39,451 nucleotides of DNA. It comes from Candidatus Sumerlaeaceae bacterium. Lineage in GTDB: Bacteria; Sumerlaeota; Sumerlaeia; Sumerlaeales; Sumerlaeaceae. The position numbers were made by a program, and so were the translations under genes. The stretch lies in NCBI GenBank assembly GCA_049968255.1, contig JBMFRB010000014.1, positions 1 through 39,451 on the forward strand. The letters are read 5' to 3'. Below the pieces are notes generated by a model. It was given only the letters and a program-made list of their open reading frames with translations, did not search any database and was not told where the DNA came from. Below, one piece after another: positions 9,334 through 19,279 of this stretch. Numbering within the stretch: position 1 is the stretch's first letter; every line of letters starts with the position of its first letter.

Positions 9334-12300
9334 ATGAGCAAAGTGCTGAAGGCAGGACTCAGGCGACTGGCTTGTGCGGCCGCCTTGCTATATGGATTTT
9401 CTTTTGGTTGGGCGCAAAGTTTGCCGCCCAAGCTGCCGGAACAAGCGGGTGATCCGAACTTTGCAAAAGTTGACTCAAAGCTTTTGAAGCTTGGCGAACA
9501 GCTTTCTGCCAAGCCGTCGCTTGCTGTTCGTGAGGCGGTGCGCGCGGTGCCTGATGCGTCGCTTTTTGCACTCGACGCTTCGCAAAAAGCCGTTCTCGTG
9601 GAAGTCATTTGTCCCACGCTCGATGATAATGTGTTGCGCAAGTTTGCACTGCCCGGCGTGGAGGTTGTCGGCTATTATCCGAAATATAAACGGGTGACGC
9701 TGGCCGTGAGTGACCTGAGCGAGCTCAAGGCGATTGCGGCGATTCCGGAAGTGGGCATGGTCATCCCTGTTTACAAACCGTGGCTAGCCTCGCAAGGTGC
9801 TGCGGATAGCCGTGCTGACCGCGCGCTCAAAGCAAACGGTCTCCCCATCTTTGGTATCGATGGAAGCGGCGTGATGGTGGGGGTGCTGTCGGATAGCTTC
9901 GCCTGGACCTCAGGTGTGCGAGACACTGATACGCTGCCGGGCGCCGGCCTTGCAGGCACGCTCACGAATGCTAAACCGCAGAAATCGGACGACTTGCCGT
10001 CGACTGTCGCGCTTCTCCGCGATGATCTGCCTGGCAACGATGAAGGCGCAGCGATGGCCGAGCTCATTCATGATGTTGCGCCTGCTGCATCGATCGCATT
10101 CCACACCGCCTCGGGCGGCGAGGCTCAGATGGCCCAGGGCATCGGACGTCTGCGCAGTGAAGCGGGCGCAAAGGTCATCGTCGACGATGTCATCTACTAC
10201 CGTGAGCCGATGTATCAAGATGGCATTGTGGCACAGGCAGCCGCTGATGCGGTCCGCAACGGCGCGGCGTATTTCAGCGCTGCGGGCAATGCGGGGAACC
10301 TTGCCATTCGCACGAACTATCGCGACGTGAACCGACGCCAGAGCGAGGCTAAGCTGCCGCCCACAGGTGTGGATCTCCACGATTGGGGTGGGGGCAACCC
10401 CTATTTGCCAATTCGCTTCGGGCCGAGCGGCGGTTCCGTGACGGTCGTGTTGCAGTGGAATCAACCGTTCTACAGCCTTAACCCCGTGCCGGGGAAATCA
10501 GGCTCGCGCATTGACCTTGATATGTATTTGCTAAATTCGCCAGATCCTGCTGCGTTTAGCCAACCCTTGGCGCAAAGCCGCGAGGGGCAAGGCACGAATT
10601 ATCTGCCTTTGGGCGATCCTGTGGAGATTTTTAGCTACACGGGCGGGCCGAATCAGACGGCGTTCCTGGCTATTGACCACTTTCAGGGCAGCACGACAAA
10701 AATCCCGCAAGACAAGCGCACTCCACTCGAGTTTCGGGTGGTGTTTTTCGTGACGGGGAATGTTCAAGTGCAGGGAATTCCGGACGCGACGAGCGTGTAT
10801 GGCGGTCCAACCATGTACGGCCATGCGCTTGCTGATGGCGTGATTTCTGTTGCTGCGATCCCATGGTGGGAAGCGCTTTATCCGGTGCTCTATGGTCCCA
10901 CAACCGAGATTGATGCCGAGCCATTCACGGCTCGCGGCGGATCGTTCCGGATCCTCTTCGACAGCTTTGGCAAAGTCTTGCGCAAGCCGCGTACGGTGAA
11001 TGCGCCCACTCTAGCGGCCGTGGACGGTTGCAACACGACGTTCTTTGGTTCGTCGGATCTGGCTGTGCCAGCGGTGGATGGCGAGCCGGATGGCTACCCA
11101 AATTTCTTTGGAACATCGGCCGCCGCACCAAATGCGGCCGCGGTGGGAGCTCTGCTCAAGCAGGCCACGCCGTCGCTGACGCCGGCAGACCTTCGCACCC
11201 GCCTTGTTTCCACGGCGATTGACGTGAAAGGGTTCCGCGCGGCGCCTGGCTGGGACGATGTGACGGGCGCGGGGCTCATTGATGCGGGTGCGGCAGCTTC
11301 GGCGGGTGGTGGTGGCTTTAATTTCATCAATCTGAAATTCTTCAAACCATCAACGTGGTCGAGCCCGCTGGTTGTTAATCAAACGCTTAACTCGCCAAAC
11401 GATGAACCGAACTTTGTGACAGGCAAACCTGTGTACGTCAACTATGCTATTGTCAACGAAGGCAACATCGCGAGTGGTGCCTTCACGGTTCAGGTTCTCG
11501 TGGATAACGTCGTGGTGAACTCGATTACGTATCCGACGGGCCTTGGTGCTGGAGCCCAAAGCACACAAACGAACATCTCGGTTGGCGCGCTGGCGGCTGG
11601 CCCGCACACGATCCGTGTGGTGGTGGATGCGCTGAATCAAGTGACCGAGCAGAACGAAACGGACAACGAGCAATCGCGCACAATTTCGGTGGGTGCGCCC
11701 CCCGCGAATAACAATTTTGCTAATGCGATGGCTCTAGGCACCTGCCCAACATCGCCCATTACGGGTTCGAACAGATTTGCCGATAAAGAGGTCGGGGAGC
11801 CATCGCATGGTGGCAATATCGGCGGCGCCTCCATCTGGTACGCGTGGCAATCGCCTAACACAGCAAATCCCATCCGCGTGAAGATTGACACGATTGGCAG
11901 CGGCTTCGACACGTTGCTCGGCGTGTACACTGGTGCAAGCGTGAATGCTCTTACTTATGTCGCGGGGAGCGATGACATTGTGCCTGGCTCGAATGTGCAG
12001 AGTTCGGTGGAATTCGAGGCTACGCCCAACACGCTTTACGCGATCGCCGTGGACGGCAAGAACGGGGCTCAAGGCAATGTGGTGCTGAACCTGTCGGTGT
12101 CGGCGACCAATGACAACTTTGCGCAGGCTGCCCTCTTGTCGGGTGCCTCGGGTTCGGTGAGCGGGCTAACGATTTGCGCAAGCAAGGAGGCTGGTGAGCC
12201 GAATCATGCTGGCAATGCCGGCGGACATTCTGTCTGGTTCCACTGGACCGCTCCGCGCAGTGGTGCTGCTCTGTTCACCACCCAGGGTTCGCGGTTCGAC

Positions 12301-13488
12301 ACCCTGCTTTCGGTCTACACTGGCGCCAGCTTGAGCTCGCTTACGCTCGTAGGGGAGAATGATGACGTTGGTGGCGGCGCCACGTACAGCTCGGTGACGT
12401 TCCCTGTTTCCGCAGGCGTGGATTATTACATCGCGCTCGATGGCAAGAATGGCGATGCGGGCAATTATCAGCTCAGCTATAGCGCCGGGGCGAGCAACGA
12501 CTTCTTCGGTGCGCCGATGGTCCTGCCGACGGTGTGCGATGGCTTTGTGACAAGCACAAATGTGGGCGCTGGCGTCGAGCCGAACGAACCGGCCCATGCC
12601 GGCAATCCCGGTGGCGCGTCGGTATGGTTCCTCTGGACCGCACCCGTGACTGGCGACCCAACCTATCCAGTGACTTTCAACACATCGGGCAGTGACTTCG
12701 ATACGCTGCTGGGTGTGTACGAGGGCACCTCCATCAACTCGGTCTCGTTGCTTGGCTTCAACGATAACGCCCGGCCAGACCTGAGTCCAAACACGAAGAC
12801 TAGCCAACTGAGTTTCATCGCTGAGGCCGGCAAGTCGTATTATATCCTGGTGGACGGCGTGCAGAGTGGCAGCACCGTGGCACAGGGCAATATCATCCTG
12901 AGCTGGGACGTTGGGTATGCACCGGAAAATGACTTCCTTGGCAAGCCCACCTACTTCCCATGGCTAGAAGCGGCTAACGGTACGACGAACACAGCGACGA
13001 TTGACATTCCGCGCACAAACAATGGGGCCTCGCGCGAAGCGGGTGAGCCCAATCACGCAATGATTACGAGTGGAATGCGCAGCGTGTGGTTCACTTTCAC
13101 GGTAGAAGACACGCCTCTGGTGGATGAGGACGTGCGGCTCGTGACGATCGAAATTGACACGAATACGCCTCAGGTCGGCTGCTATCCCGTTCCCTTTGAC
13201 CCAGTGGTGGCGGTTTACACCGGTGGGCCAGGTATGGCTCAGCTCGCCCCATACGCCTTCAACGACGACATTGTTCCGGGCGTGAATACCAACGCGCGGG
13301 TCGTTTTCCTTGCCCCACCTGGGAAGTATTACATTGCCGTGGATGGCAAGAACGCCACGTCGGGGAACTTCCGATTCAAGGCCACCAATCAGATGGCACC
13401 TACGGGGCTCCTGCACGCGCTGAGGAGCAACCCGAGTGCGGTCAAGCAGCTGCTACCGACGATGCTCGGAACGCCGGAGCTGAAATAG
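9334..13488 (+). CDS. Secreted subtilase (S8/S53-like, Glu in place of catalytic His) with CARDB-like domain and four PPC-like repeats
   Basis: Signal peptide MSKVLKAG...GWA; VGVLSDS, NDEGAAMAELIHDVAP, SAAGNAG, FFGTSAAAP; VVDALNQVTEQNETDNE (CARDB-like). Start moved to 9334. Confidence 0.88.
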   Translation: MSKVLKAGLRRLACAAALLYGFSFGWAQSLPPKLPEQAGDPNFAKVDSKLLKLGEQLSAKPSLAVREAVRAVPDASLFALDASQKAVLVEVICPTLDDNVLRKFALPGVEVVGYYPKYKRVTLAVSDLSELKAIAAIPEVGMVIPVYKPWLASQGAADSRADRALKANGLPIFGIDGSGVMVGVLSDSFAWTSGVRDTDTLPGAGLAGTLTNAKPQKSDDLPSTVALLRDDLPGNDEGAAMAELIHDVAPAASIAFHTASGGEAQMAQGIGRLRSEAGAKVIVDDVIYYREPMYQDGIVAQAAADAVRNGAAYFSAAGNAGNLAIRTNYRDVNRRQSEAKLPPTGVDLHDWGGGNPYLPIRFGPSGGSVTVVLQWNQPFYSLNPVPGKSGSRIDLDMYLLNSPDPAAFSQPLAQSREGQGTNYLPLGDPVEIFSYTGGPNQTAFLAIDHFQGSTTKIPQDKRTPLEFRVVFFVTGNVQVQGIPDATSVYGGPTMYGHALADGVISVAAIPWWEALYPVLYGPTTEIDAEPFTARGGSFRILFDSFGKVLRKPRTVNAPTLAAVDGCNTTFFGSSDLAVPAVDGEPDGYPNFFGTSAAAPNAAAVGALLKQATPSLTPADLRTRLVSTAIDVKGFRAAPGWDDVTGAGLIDAGAAASAGGGGFNFINLKFFKPSTWSSPLVVNQTLNSPNDEPNFVTGKPVYVNYAIVNEGNIASGAFTVQVLVDNVVVNSITYPTGLGAGAQSTQTNISVGALAAGPHTIRVVVDALNQVTEQNETDNEQSRTISVGAPPANNNFANAMALGTCPTSPITGSNRFADKEVGEPSHGGNIGGASIWYAWQSPNTANPIRVKIDTIGSGFDTLLGVYTGASVNALTYVAGSDDIVPGSNVQSSVEFEATPNTLYAIAVDGKNGAQGNVVLNLSVSATNDNFAQAALLSGASGSVSGLTICASKEAGEPNHAGNAGGHSVWFHWTAPRSGAALFTTQGSRFDTLLSVYTGASLSSLTLVGENDDVGGGATYSSVTFPVSAGVDYYIALDGKNGDAGNYQLSYSAGASNDFFGAPMVLPTVCDGFVTSTNVGAGVEPNEPAHAGNPGGASVWFLWTAPVTGDPTYPVTFNTSGSDFDTLLGVYEGTSINSVSLLGFNDNARPDLSPNTKTSQLSFIAEAGKSYYILVDGVQSGSTVAQGNIILSWDVGYAPENDFLGKPTYFPWLEAANGTTNTATIDIPRTNNGASREAGEPNHAMITSGMRSVWFTFTVEDTPLVDEDVRLVTIEIDTNTPQVGCYPVPFDPVVAVYTGGPGMAQLAPYAFNDDIVPGVNTNARVVFLAPPGKYYIAVDGKNATSGNFRFKATNQMAPTGLLHALRSNPSAVKQLLPTMLGTPELK
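11698..13386 (+). repeat. Four ~125-150 aa intragenic repeats (N[D/N]xF...EPxH...SVW...FD...VY.G...DD...YxIAVDG)
   Basis: Copies start near 11698, 12103, 12490 and 12922; the fourth is the most diverged. Confidence 0.85.
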
Positions 13489-13513
13489 GGGTGCCAAGGT
13501 TCGTGTGTGGCTT

Positions 13514-13557
13514 GCGGGGCACTAGGCCAAGGGTGGTCCAGTGCCCCGCTGTGTTTT
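13514..13557 (+). terminator. Probable intrinsic terminator
   Basis: GCGGGGCACT 13514-13523 / AGTGCCCCGC 13540-13549 with TGTGTTTT tail. Confidence 0.7.
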
Positions 13558-13739
13558 GTCATGAGATACTCCGTAAGTCGCGCACAGCAACGTTGATGGA
13601 TGAAGAAAGGGGTGGAAAACGTTTTTTGCTGGCAGCGGACGAGAGGCGGTCTTAGTTTGTCGGTTCAATAGAAGCGATCTGTTGGAAAAAAGCGCCTGAA
13701 ACTACCTATTTGTTGTGGTGCAAAAGAGGGTTATGAACC

Positions 13740-14249
13740 ATGGACGCTTTGCAAGCTATCAAAACGCGTCGGAGTATTCGGGTGTTTGAGCGGCGCGAAG
13801 TGCCGCGTGAAGTGTTGCGGGAACTCGTGGCTGCGGGAATGCAGGCTCCTTCCGCCGGTAATCAGCAACCGTGGCAATTCGTGGTCGTGGATGACCCCGA
13901 GCTTATCCAGCGCGTGCCCGAGTTTCATCCCTATGCCCAGATGGCAGACACCGCACCCGCTGCGATTCTCGTCTGTGGGGACCTGAGTTTGGAACAGCGT
14001 AAGGGCTACTGGGTGCAGGATTGTGCCGCGGCTACACAGAATATCCTTTTGGCGGCGCACGCGCTTGGGCTGGGTGCTGTGTGGACGGGCGTATATCCGC
14101 GCGAGGAACGCGTGGGCGGTGCTCGAAAACTCTTCGGTATTCCCGATACTGTCATTCCACTGGCTCTGATTTTTGTTGGTTACCCTGCCGAACGGCCAGC
14201 TCCGGAGAATCGCTTCTGCGAAGAGCGCATTCATTGGAATCGCTGGTGA
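13740..14249 (+). CDS. Nitroreductase family protein
   Basis: IKTRRSIRVF, APSAGNQQPWQFVVV, QDCAAATQNILLAAHALGLGAVW, VGYP. Confidence 0.95.
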   Translation: MDALQAIKTRRSIRVFERREVPREVLRELVAAGMQAPSAGNQQPWQFVVVDDPELIQRVPEFHPYAQMADTAPAAILVCGDLSLEQRKGYWVQDCAAATQNILLAAHALGLGAVWTGVYPREERVGGARKLFGIPDTVIPLALIFVGYPAERPAPENRFCEERIHWNRW

Positions 14250-14516
14250 CCCGGTGCTCAGCACAGGGGCGTGATAGGTACGGACATGGGGGAGAGGTTG
14301 TGACAATTTTTGAGTTGAAACGTTTTACGCGGATACCCATGCTTCAAAGGGCCCGAGGAACTGTGCGATACGTGACGGGTTAATTCCTGGACCAAAGGAG
14401 GCACCGAAGAGAAGCGACGCCGCTTCCCAGCAGGCTAGACTGTAAGGGAATTGCAGGACGAAGAGTGGAAAAAATCCGACCTGCGAATTCGAGGCAAAGG
14501 AGAGACGAGAGGTGGC

Positions 14517-16517
14517 GTGACTGCATTCGAGGAATCGAATAGCCCTTTGTTGGGTAAGCTTGGGCTGGCCAGGGCGGATTTAGCGTTGCTGGCTCTGGAT
14601 GCAGCATGTGCAGGGGTATGGTGCTGGGAACTCGAAACCGGTCAAATGTGGGGCGATGAGCGCGTCGCCGCTTTTCTTGGGTTAGGAAAGGGGGAGGTGA
14701 ACGGTGAGGCGACGGCCTTTTTTTCTCTTGTTCATCCAGCGGAGCGCAAAGCATTGCGGGCAAAACAACACGAAGCACTATCTCGGCCGGGGGTGCATGA
14801 AGCACACTTTCGCCTCCGCACGAAAGACGGCCATCTGCGCTACTTTTGTGTGCGAGCACACGGTGTAGCAAAAGAGACAATAAGACCAGCTCTTCTCGTC
14901 GGCGTTATTTGGGATGAAACGCTCACTCAACGGCGCGAACGCGAGCACCATGCTGTGGTGACAATTTCCGAAGCGTTGCGCCTCGTTTCCGGCGGGCGGG
15001 AAGTCATCGAACGGGCGTTTGAAGAGATTCGCGAGGTCCTGGACACGCCGCATGCTCTTATCGCAGTCCAGACGGAGGAGTGCGAGGCCGTGGTGGTGCA
15101 GCAGGCGTGCGGGCGATGGACCAGCCTGGTGGATAAGGATGCATCTTCCGATGAGGGGATCATTGGTGCCGTCATGCGCAGCAAAAAGGTCTACGTCAGC
15201 GACAACGCCGCGTCGGACCCGCGGTGTCTGAGGCCTGAGATGTTGCAAGGTCTTGACGGATTCATGGCGGTGCCGATCATGGCGGGGGACAAGCTGATGG
15301 GCGTTCTTGCACTCGGGCGTCCCCAGCCGTATGATCCCAACGACGTGGCAATTGCTGCTGCGCTTTCGGACGTTCTAGGGATTGCCCTGGCGCGAATTCG
15401 CCATGAGAAGGACCTTGCGCGGCGCATGCGTGAGCTGACCATTCTCCATGAGATGGATCTGGCGATTGTAAACACGCTAGACCTGCGCCAGGCCCTGGAA
15501 GACATGCTTGCTCGCGTGATTGGCTACCTCGGCATGGATGCGGCTGCTGTCCACCTGATCAACAAGGCTCAGAATGTCGTCGAATGCAGAGCTGCACGTG
15601 GTTTTCGCACGGTGCATATCTGGCATGCGCGGCCACGTCCTGGTGAGGGGCTGCTTGGCAGCATTGCCACCTCTCTCTCGCCGATTTTTCTCAATGGCGC
15701 CCAGGTGATCGCGAGCCGCTGTAAGCGCCACAAGATGCTCGAGGAAGAAGGCTTTGTGGCCTACGCAGGTTTCCCCCTCGTGGCGAAACAGGAGGTTGTC
15801 GGAGTACTGGAACTCTTCAATCGCACGCTTTTGCGTTTCACTCAACAGTGGCGGCACTTTGCTCAAGTGGTCGCAGGCCAAGTCGCAGTATGCCTGACAA
15901 ATGCGGAGCTCTACACGGACATCCAAAAAATGCATGCGGAGCTGATGGCGGCCTACGAGGCGACCATCGAGGGCTGGGCACGAGCTGTTGAGCTTCGCGA
16001 TAGTTTCACGGAGCGACACTGCTTGCGCGTGACAGAATTGGCCGTGGCATTGGCATCCTTCGTGGGCTACACGTCGGACGCCATCGTGATCCTGCGCCGG
16101 GGAGCTCTGCTGCACGACATCGGCAAACTCGGGGTCCCCGATGCTATCTTGCATAAGCCTGGCCCGCTGACAGAGGAGGAATGGGCCGTCATGCGGCAGC
16201 ACCCGCGGCTAGCCATCGAGATGCTGCGCCCTATCAAATTCCTCGAACCAAGCCTCGACATTCCCGCCTATCATCACGAGCGCTGGGACGGAAAAGGGTA
16301 CCCCTTCGGATTGGCAGGCGAAGATATCCCTCACTCTGCACGTCTTTTCTCGGTTGTGGATGTGTACGACGCCCTCACCTCGGAGCGGCCGTACCGCAAG
16401 GCCTGGAGTGTCAAAGACGCTCTGGAATACATTGCCATGCAAGCGGGCACACAATTTGATCCTAAAGCGGCACAAGCTTTTCATGCACTCATGGGCAATG
16501 GTGCGTATCGCGGCTGA
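14517..16517 (+). CDS. PAS-GAF-GAF-HD-GYP cyclic-dinucleotide phosphodiesterase
   Basis: GVWCWEL...VHPAER (PAS); MAVPIMAGDKLMGVL and GFPLVAKQEVVGVLEL (two GAFs); LLHDIGKLG, HHERWDGKGYPFGL, DVYDALTSERPYR. GTG start after GAGAGG chosen over TTG 14451. Confidence 0.92.
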   Translation: MTAFEESNSPLLGKLGLARADLALLALDAACAGVWCWELETGQMWGDERVAAFLGLGKGEVNGEATAFFSLVHPAERKALRAKQHEALSRPGVHEAHFRLRTKDGHLRYFCVRAHGVAKETIRPALLVGVIWDETLTQRREREHHAVVTISEALRLVSGGREVIERAFEEIREVLDTPHALIAVQTEECEAVVVQQACGRWTSLVDKDASSDEGIIGAVMRSKKVYVSDNAASDPRCLRPEMLQGLDGFMAVPIMAGDKLMGVLALGRPQPYDPNDVAIAAALSDVLGIALARIRHEKDLARRMRELTILHEMDLAIVNTLDLRQALEDMLARVIGYLGMDAAAVHLINKAQNVVECRAARGFRTVHIWHARPRPGEGLLGSIATSLSPIFLNGAQVIASRCKRHKMLEEEGFVAYAGFPLVAKQEVVGVLELFNRTLLRFTQQWRHFAQVVAGQVAVCLTNAELYTDIQKMHAELMAAYEATIEGWARAVELRDSFTERHCLRVTELAVALASFVGYTSDAIVILRRGALLHDIGKLGVPDAILHKPGPLTEEEWAVMRQHPRLAIEMLRPIKFLEPSLDIPAYHHERWDGKGYPFGLAGEDIPHSARLFSVVDVYDALTSERPYRKAWSVKDALEYIAMQAGTQFDPKAAQAFHALMGNGAYRG

Positions 16518-16589
16518 AGCCGTTCCCGATGGGATGCGGGCGGTGCATGGTCGCAGCTCGCTGCTTCTGTAGCTTTGCGGAGAGTTTCT

Positions 16590-17720
16590 ATGGTAGTTCG
16601 TGCAAAGAATCGTGTGGCCAGAGCGTTCGTGGGGGTCCTGTTGGGTGTTGCGATGTCCGTTGAGGCCAAAGGTGCGCCAGTGACCACGAACTCCGTCGAA
16701 GGCAAACCGATCGTCCTCGGCTACTATCCTTCGTGGCCGACGGGGATGAATCCGGCAGCCATTCGCTACGAACTGTTCACGCACCTTTGCCATGCGTTTG
16801 TGGAAGCGACGACGGAAGGACTAGTGCGCGTAAGCGGAAATTTGCCGAGTCGCGAGCTTGTCGACCAAGCGCATACGGCGGACGTGAAGGTGCTGGTCAG
16901 TGTGGGAGGAGCGGACAGTGGCACATACCTGGGCGACGTGGCAACCGACGCCCTACGCCGCAGACGTTTTGTCCACGAACTCGTGAATCTTGTAGAGAAT
17001 TCTGGTTACGATGGCGTTGACCTTGATTGGGAATTTCCGCGCACCGCGGCCGAGCGAGATGCCTTGACGACGCTGGCCCGCGAGTTGCGCAGGGCGTTGG
17101 GTGGTGGGAAGCTGCTCGTGAGTGCGCAGTCGGGCACACCGTGGGGCGCGCGTTTTGTCGACGGAGAGGCGTTGCGGAGCGTGCTCGACTGGGTGGCCGT
17201 GATGACCTATGATGCGCATGGCCCCTGGAGTGCTCATGCGGGGCACAACGCACCAATGCGTCGACCTGCGGGCGATGAAGTCGCCTGCACATCGAACACG
17301 GTCGAAGCGCAAATGCAGCGATGGCAAGAATGGGGCGGCTGGCCCGCCGGGCGCCTGCTCGTCGGTATTCCCTGTTACGGGCGGGGGTTTCCCGTGCCAC
17401 TTCATGCTCGGTTACCCAAGGCCAGAGCGCGGTATCGGTGGGAGTATGTTGCGTTTCGCGACATTGGTCGCCTTCTGGCCGAAGACTGGAAAATCCATTG
17501 GGACAACGAGGCGCAAGTGCCTTGGCTGGAGAGCCCTGATGGGACACAATGCTTCTCTTACGACGACCGAGAAAGCGCCAAGCGCAAGGGTGAGTGGGCA
17601 CGTCGCCATGGTTACGGCGGGATTTTTTTCTGGGAGATCAGTCAGGACGTTGTCGGAGGCCGCAACGGGATTGTCGAATCGGCGCGGGCTGGCTACTTGG
17701 GAAAGCCGCGCGCTGACTAG
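16590..17720 (+). CDS. Secreted GH18 chitinase-like glycoside hydrolase, catalytic domain only
   Basis: Signal peptide; VLGYYPSW, THLCHAF, SVGG, YDGVDLDWEFP (intact DxDxE), VMTYD, SYDD, GGIFFWEISQD. ATG 16590 follows GGAGAG. Confidence 0.93.
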   Translation: MVVRAKNRVARAFVGVLLGVAMSVEAKGAPVTTNSVEGKPIVLGYYPSWPTGMNPAAIRYELFTHLCHAFVEATTEGLVRVSGNLPSRELVDQAHTADVKVLVSVGGADSGTYLGDVATDALRRRRFVHELVNLVENSGYDGVDLDWEFPRTAAERDALTTLARELRRALGGGKLLVSAQSGTPWGARFVDGEALRSVLDWVAVMTYDAHGPWSAHAGHNAPMRRPAGDEVACTSNTVEAQMQRWQEWGGWPAGRLLVGIPCYGRGFPVPLHARLPKARARYRWEYVAFRDIGRLLAEDWKIHWDNEAQVPWLESPDGTQCFSYDDRESAKRKGEWARRHGYGGIFFWEISQDVVGGRNGIVESARAGYLGKPRAD

Positions 17721-17815
17721 CTTTCGAAGCCGCGCTATGTTGTGCGACGATAGTTCCGGCAAGAAACAGAGGACGCAAAGAGGATTCCGGAGTATTGCCG
17801 GTTATCGTTTCGTGA

Positions 17816-19279
17816 TCAAGTTATCTTATTATGTTGCTCGTTCGTAACATTTCTGCGTGGTGGCCGCTCGGCTAGGGGCAGGCGCACGCAAACGTCGGTC
17901 CCTTTGCCCTCCATACTATGGATGAAGATTGTTCCACCAAGATTCTCAACGATCGAGCGCGTAATGGCCAGACCGAGGCCTGAGCCTGAACGTTTCGTGG
18001 TGAAGAAGGGGTCAAACACGCGGCTAAGAAGCTGGGGTGGGATGCCAGGGCCGGAATCACGAATGTGAAGCTCGGCCATCCCTCGCCGCTCGCTCAGGGT
18101 GATGAGAATGGCTCCTCCGCGTTCGGCGAGAGCCTCACGTGCGTTGAGCACGAGGTTCAGGACGATTTGGCGTAGTGCCCGCGGGTCTGCCACAACGTAG
18201 ACCGGCGCGGCTGGCAGGTCGAGGCGAAGTGAGATGTTCTGGGGGGTGCTCTTTCGCAGAAGTTCGCAGGCGCGGCGGATCTCTTCATCGAAAGCCACTG
18301 TTTGCGCGGCCGACGGGTCAGGTGGCTTCGACAGCGAGAGAAAATGCGTGACGAGTTCGTTGAGGCGTTCAATCTCACCGATCAGCTCGCGAGCATTGCG
18401 TGCAGCGATGGAGTCGGGGGGCTGCTCGGCGATGATCTCTTCGCACAGGATCCGCATGATCGAAAGCGGATTGCGCAGCTCGTGGGCGAGTCCGCCAGCA
18501 AGGGCAGCCATAGCTTCGTAACGTGCAAGGTGCAGGGCACGTGTCTCGGCACGGAGCAAATAGGTGAGAAAGCGATAAAGCAGGTAGATGAGAAATCCGA
18601 AAAGCAATGATGTGAAGATCATCTGAAAGCGCACGCGCCGCTGGATGTCGCGCAGGCTTTCGAAATAATCTGCGCTTGCGGACAGGGCGAGAATGGCCAC
18701 GACGCGGCCATCAGAGACGACCGGGAGATAGACGCGCTTATAGTACGTGTCGCCGATGGGGTAGAGTGGCATCGCCGCGATGAGGCCGCGCACGGCCCGC
18801 GTCAGTGGAGCGCGGTCAATGTCGCGGAAAACGTAGGCGCTTCCTGGCTCGCTTTGGCGTGTCGAATCCACAATGACGAGCCCATGCGGTGTGAGCAGCG
18901 TCAGCCCACGCAGGTCGTTGGTGCGCTGATATTGGCCAAAGGATTCCAAAAGTTTTGTATAGGCAGCGGTGTCGGCAAAATTATCGAGGATCTCTGCCGC
19001 AGTGTCTTCGTTTGCGCCGGCGATGAGTTCGACAATGGAGGGGAGTGTCGGCTTGCGGAGATCGTAAAGAATAGCGCGGCCGACAGCAATGAGTTGGCGG
19101 GTGAGATCATTTTCTTTGGAGGCTTCGAACAGGTGAAGCAGACGCATGGTGGAGAGATTGAAAAGAAAGAGGATCGCGATGAGGACAACCATCGCGGCAA
19201 ACGAGGGTAACCCGCGCCGCAAGCTGAGCATGCCGGTAACGGAGCTGCTTAGCTCGGAGCGTTTGGCGCTCCAGTTCAT
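17816..19279 (-). CDS. Membrane sensor histidine kinase
   Basis: Two TM helices around a periplasmic domain; LAHELRNPL (H box), QIVLNLVLNA (N), IRDSGPGI (G1), VFDPFFTTK (F), GSGLGLAI (G2). Confidence 0.93.
   Translation of the reverse strand: MNWSAKRSELSSSVTGMLSLRRGLPSFAAMVVLIAILFLFNLSTMRLLHLFEASKENDLTRQLIAVGRAILYDLRKPTLPSIVELIAGANEDTAAEILDNFADTAAYTKLLESFGQYQRTNDLRGLTLLTPHGLVIVDSTRQSEPGSAYVFRDIDRAPLTRAVRGLIAAMPLYPIGDTYYKRVYLPVVSDGRVVAILALSASADYFESLRDIQRRVRFQMIFTSLLFGFLIYLLYRFLTYLLRAETRALHLARYEAMAALAGGLAHELRNPLSIMRILCEEIIAEQPPDSIAARNARELIGEIERLNELVTHFLSLSKPPDPSAAQTVAFDEEIRRACELLRKSTPQNISLRLDLPAAPVYVVADPRALRQIVLNLVLNAREALAERGGAILITLSERRGMAELHIRDSGPGIPPQLLSRVFDPFFTTKRSGSGLGLAITRSIVENLGGTIFIHSMEGKGTDVCVRLPLAERPPRRNVTNEQHNKIT

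Noticed and set aside
14395-14445. Glycine riboswitch resemblance (GGAG...CACCGAAG...CAGG)
   Set aside because: Lacks the P2 helix and CUCUCAGG, and the downstream gene is unrelated to glycine. No c-di-GMP-I/II consensus either.
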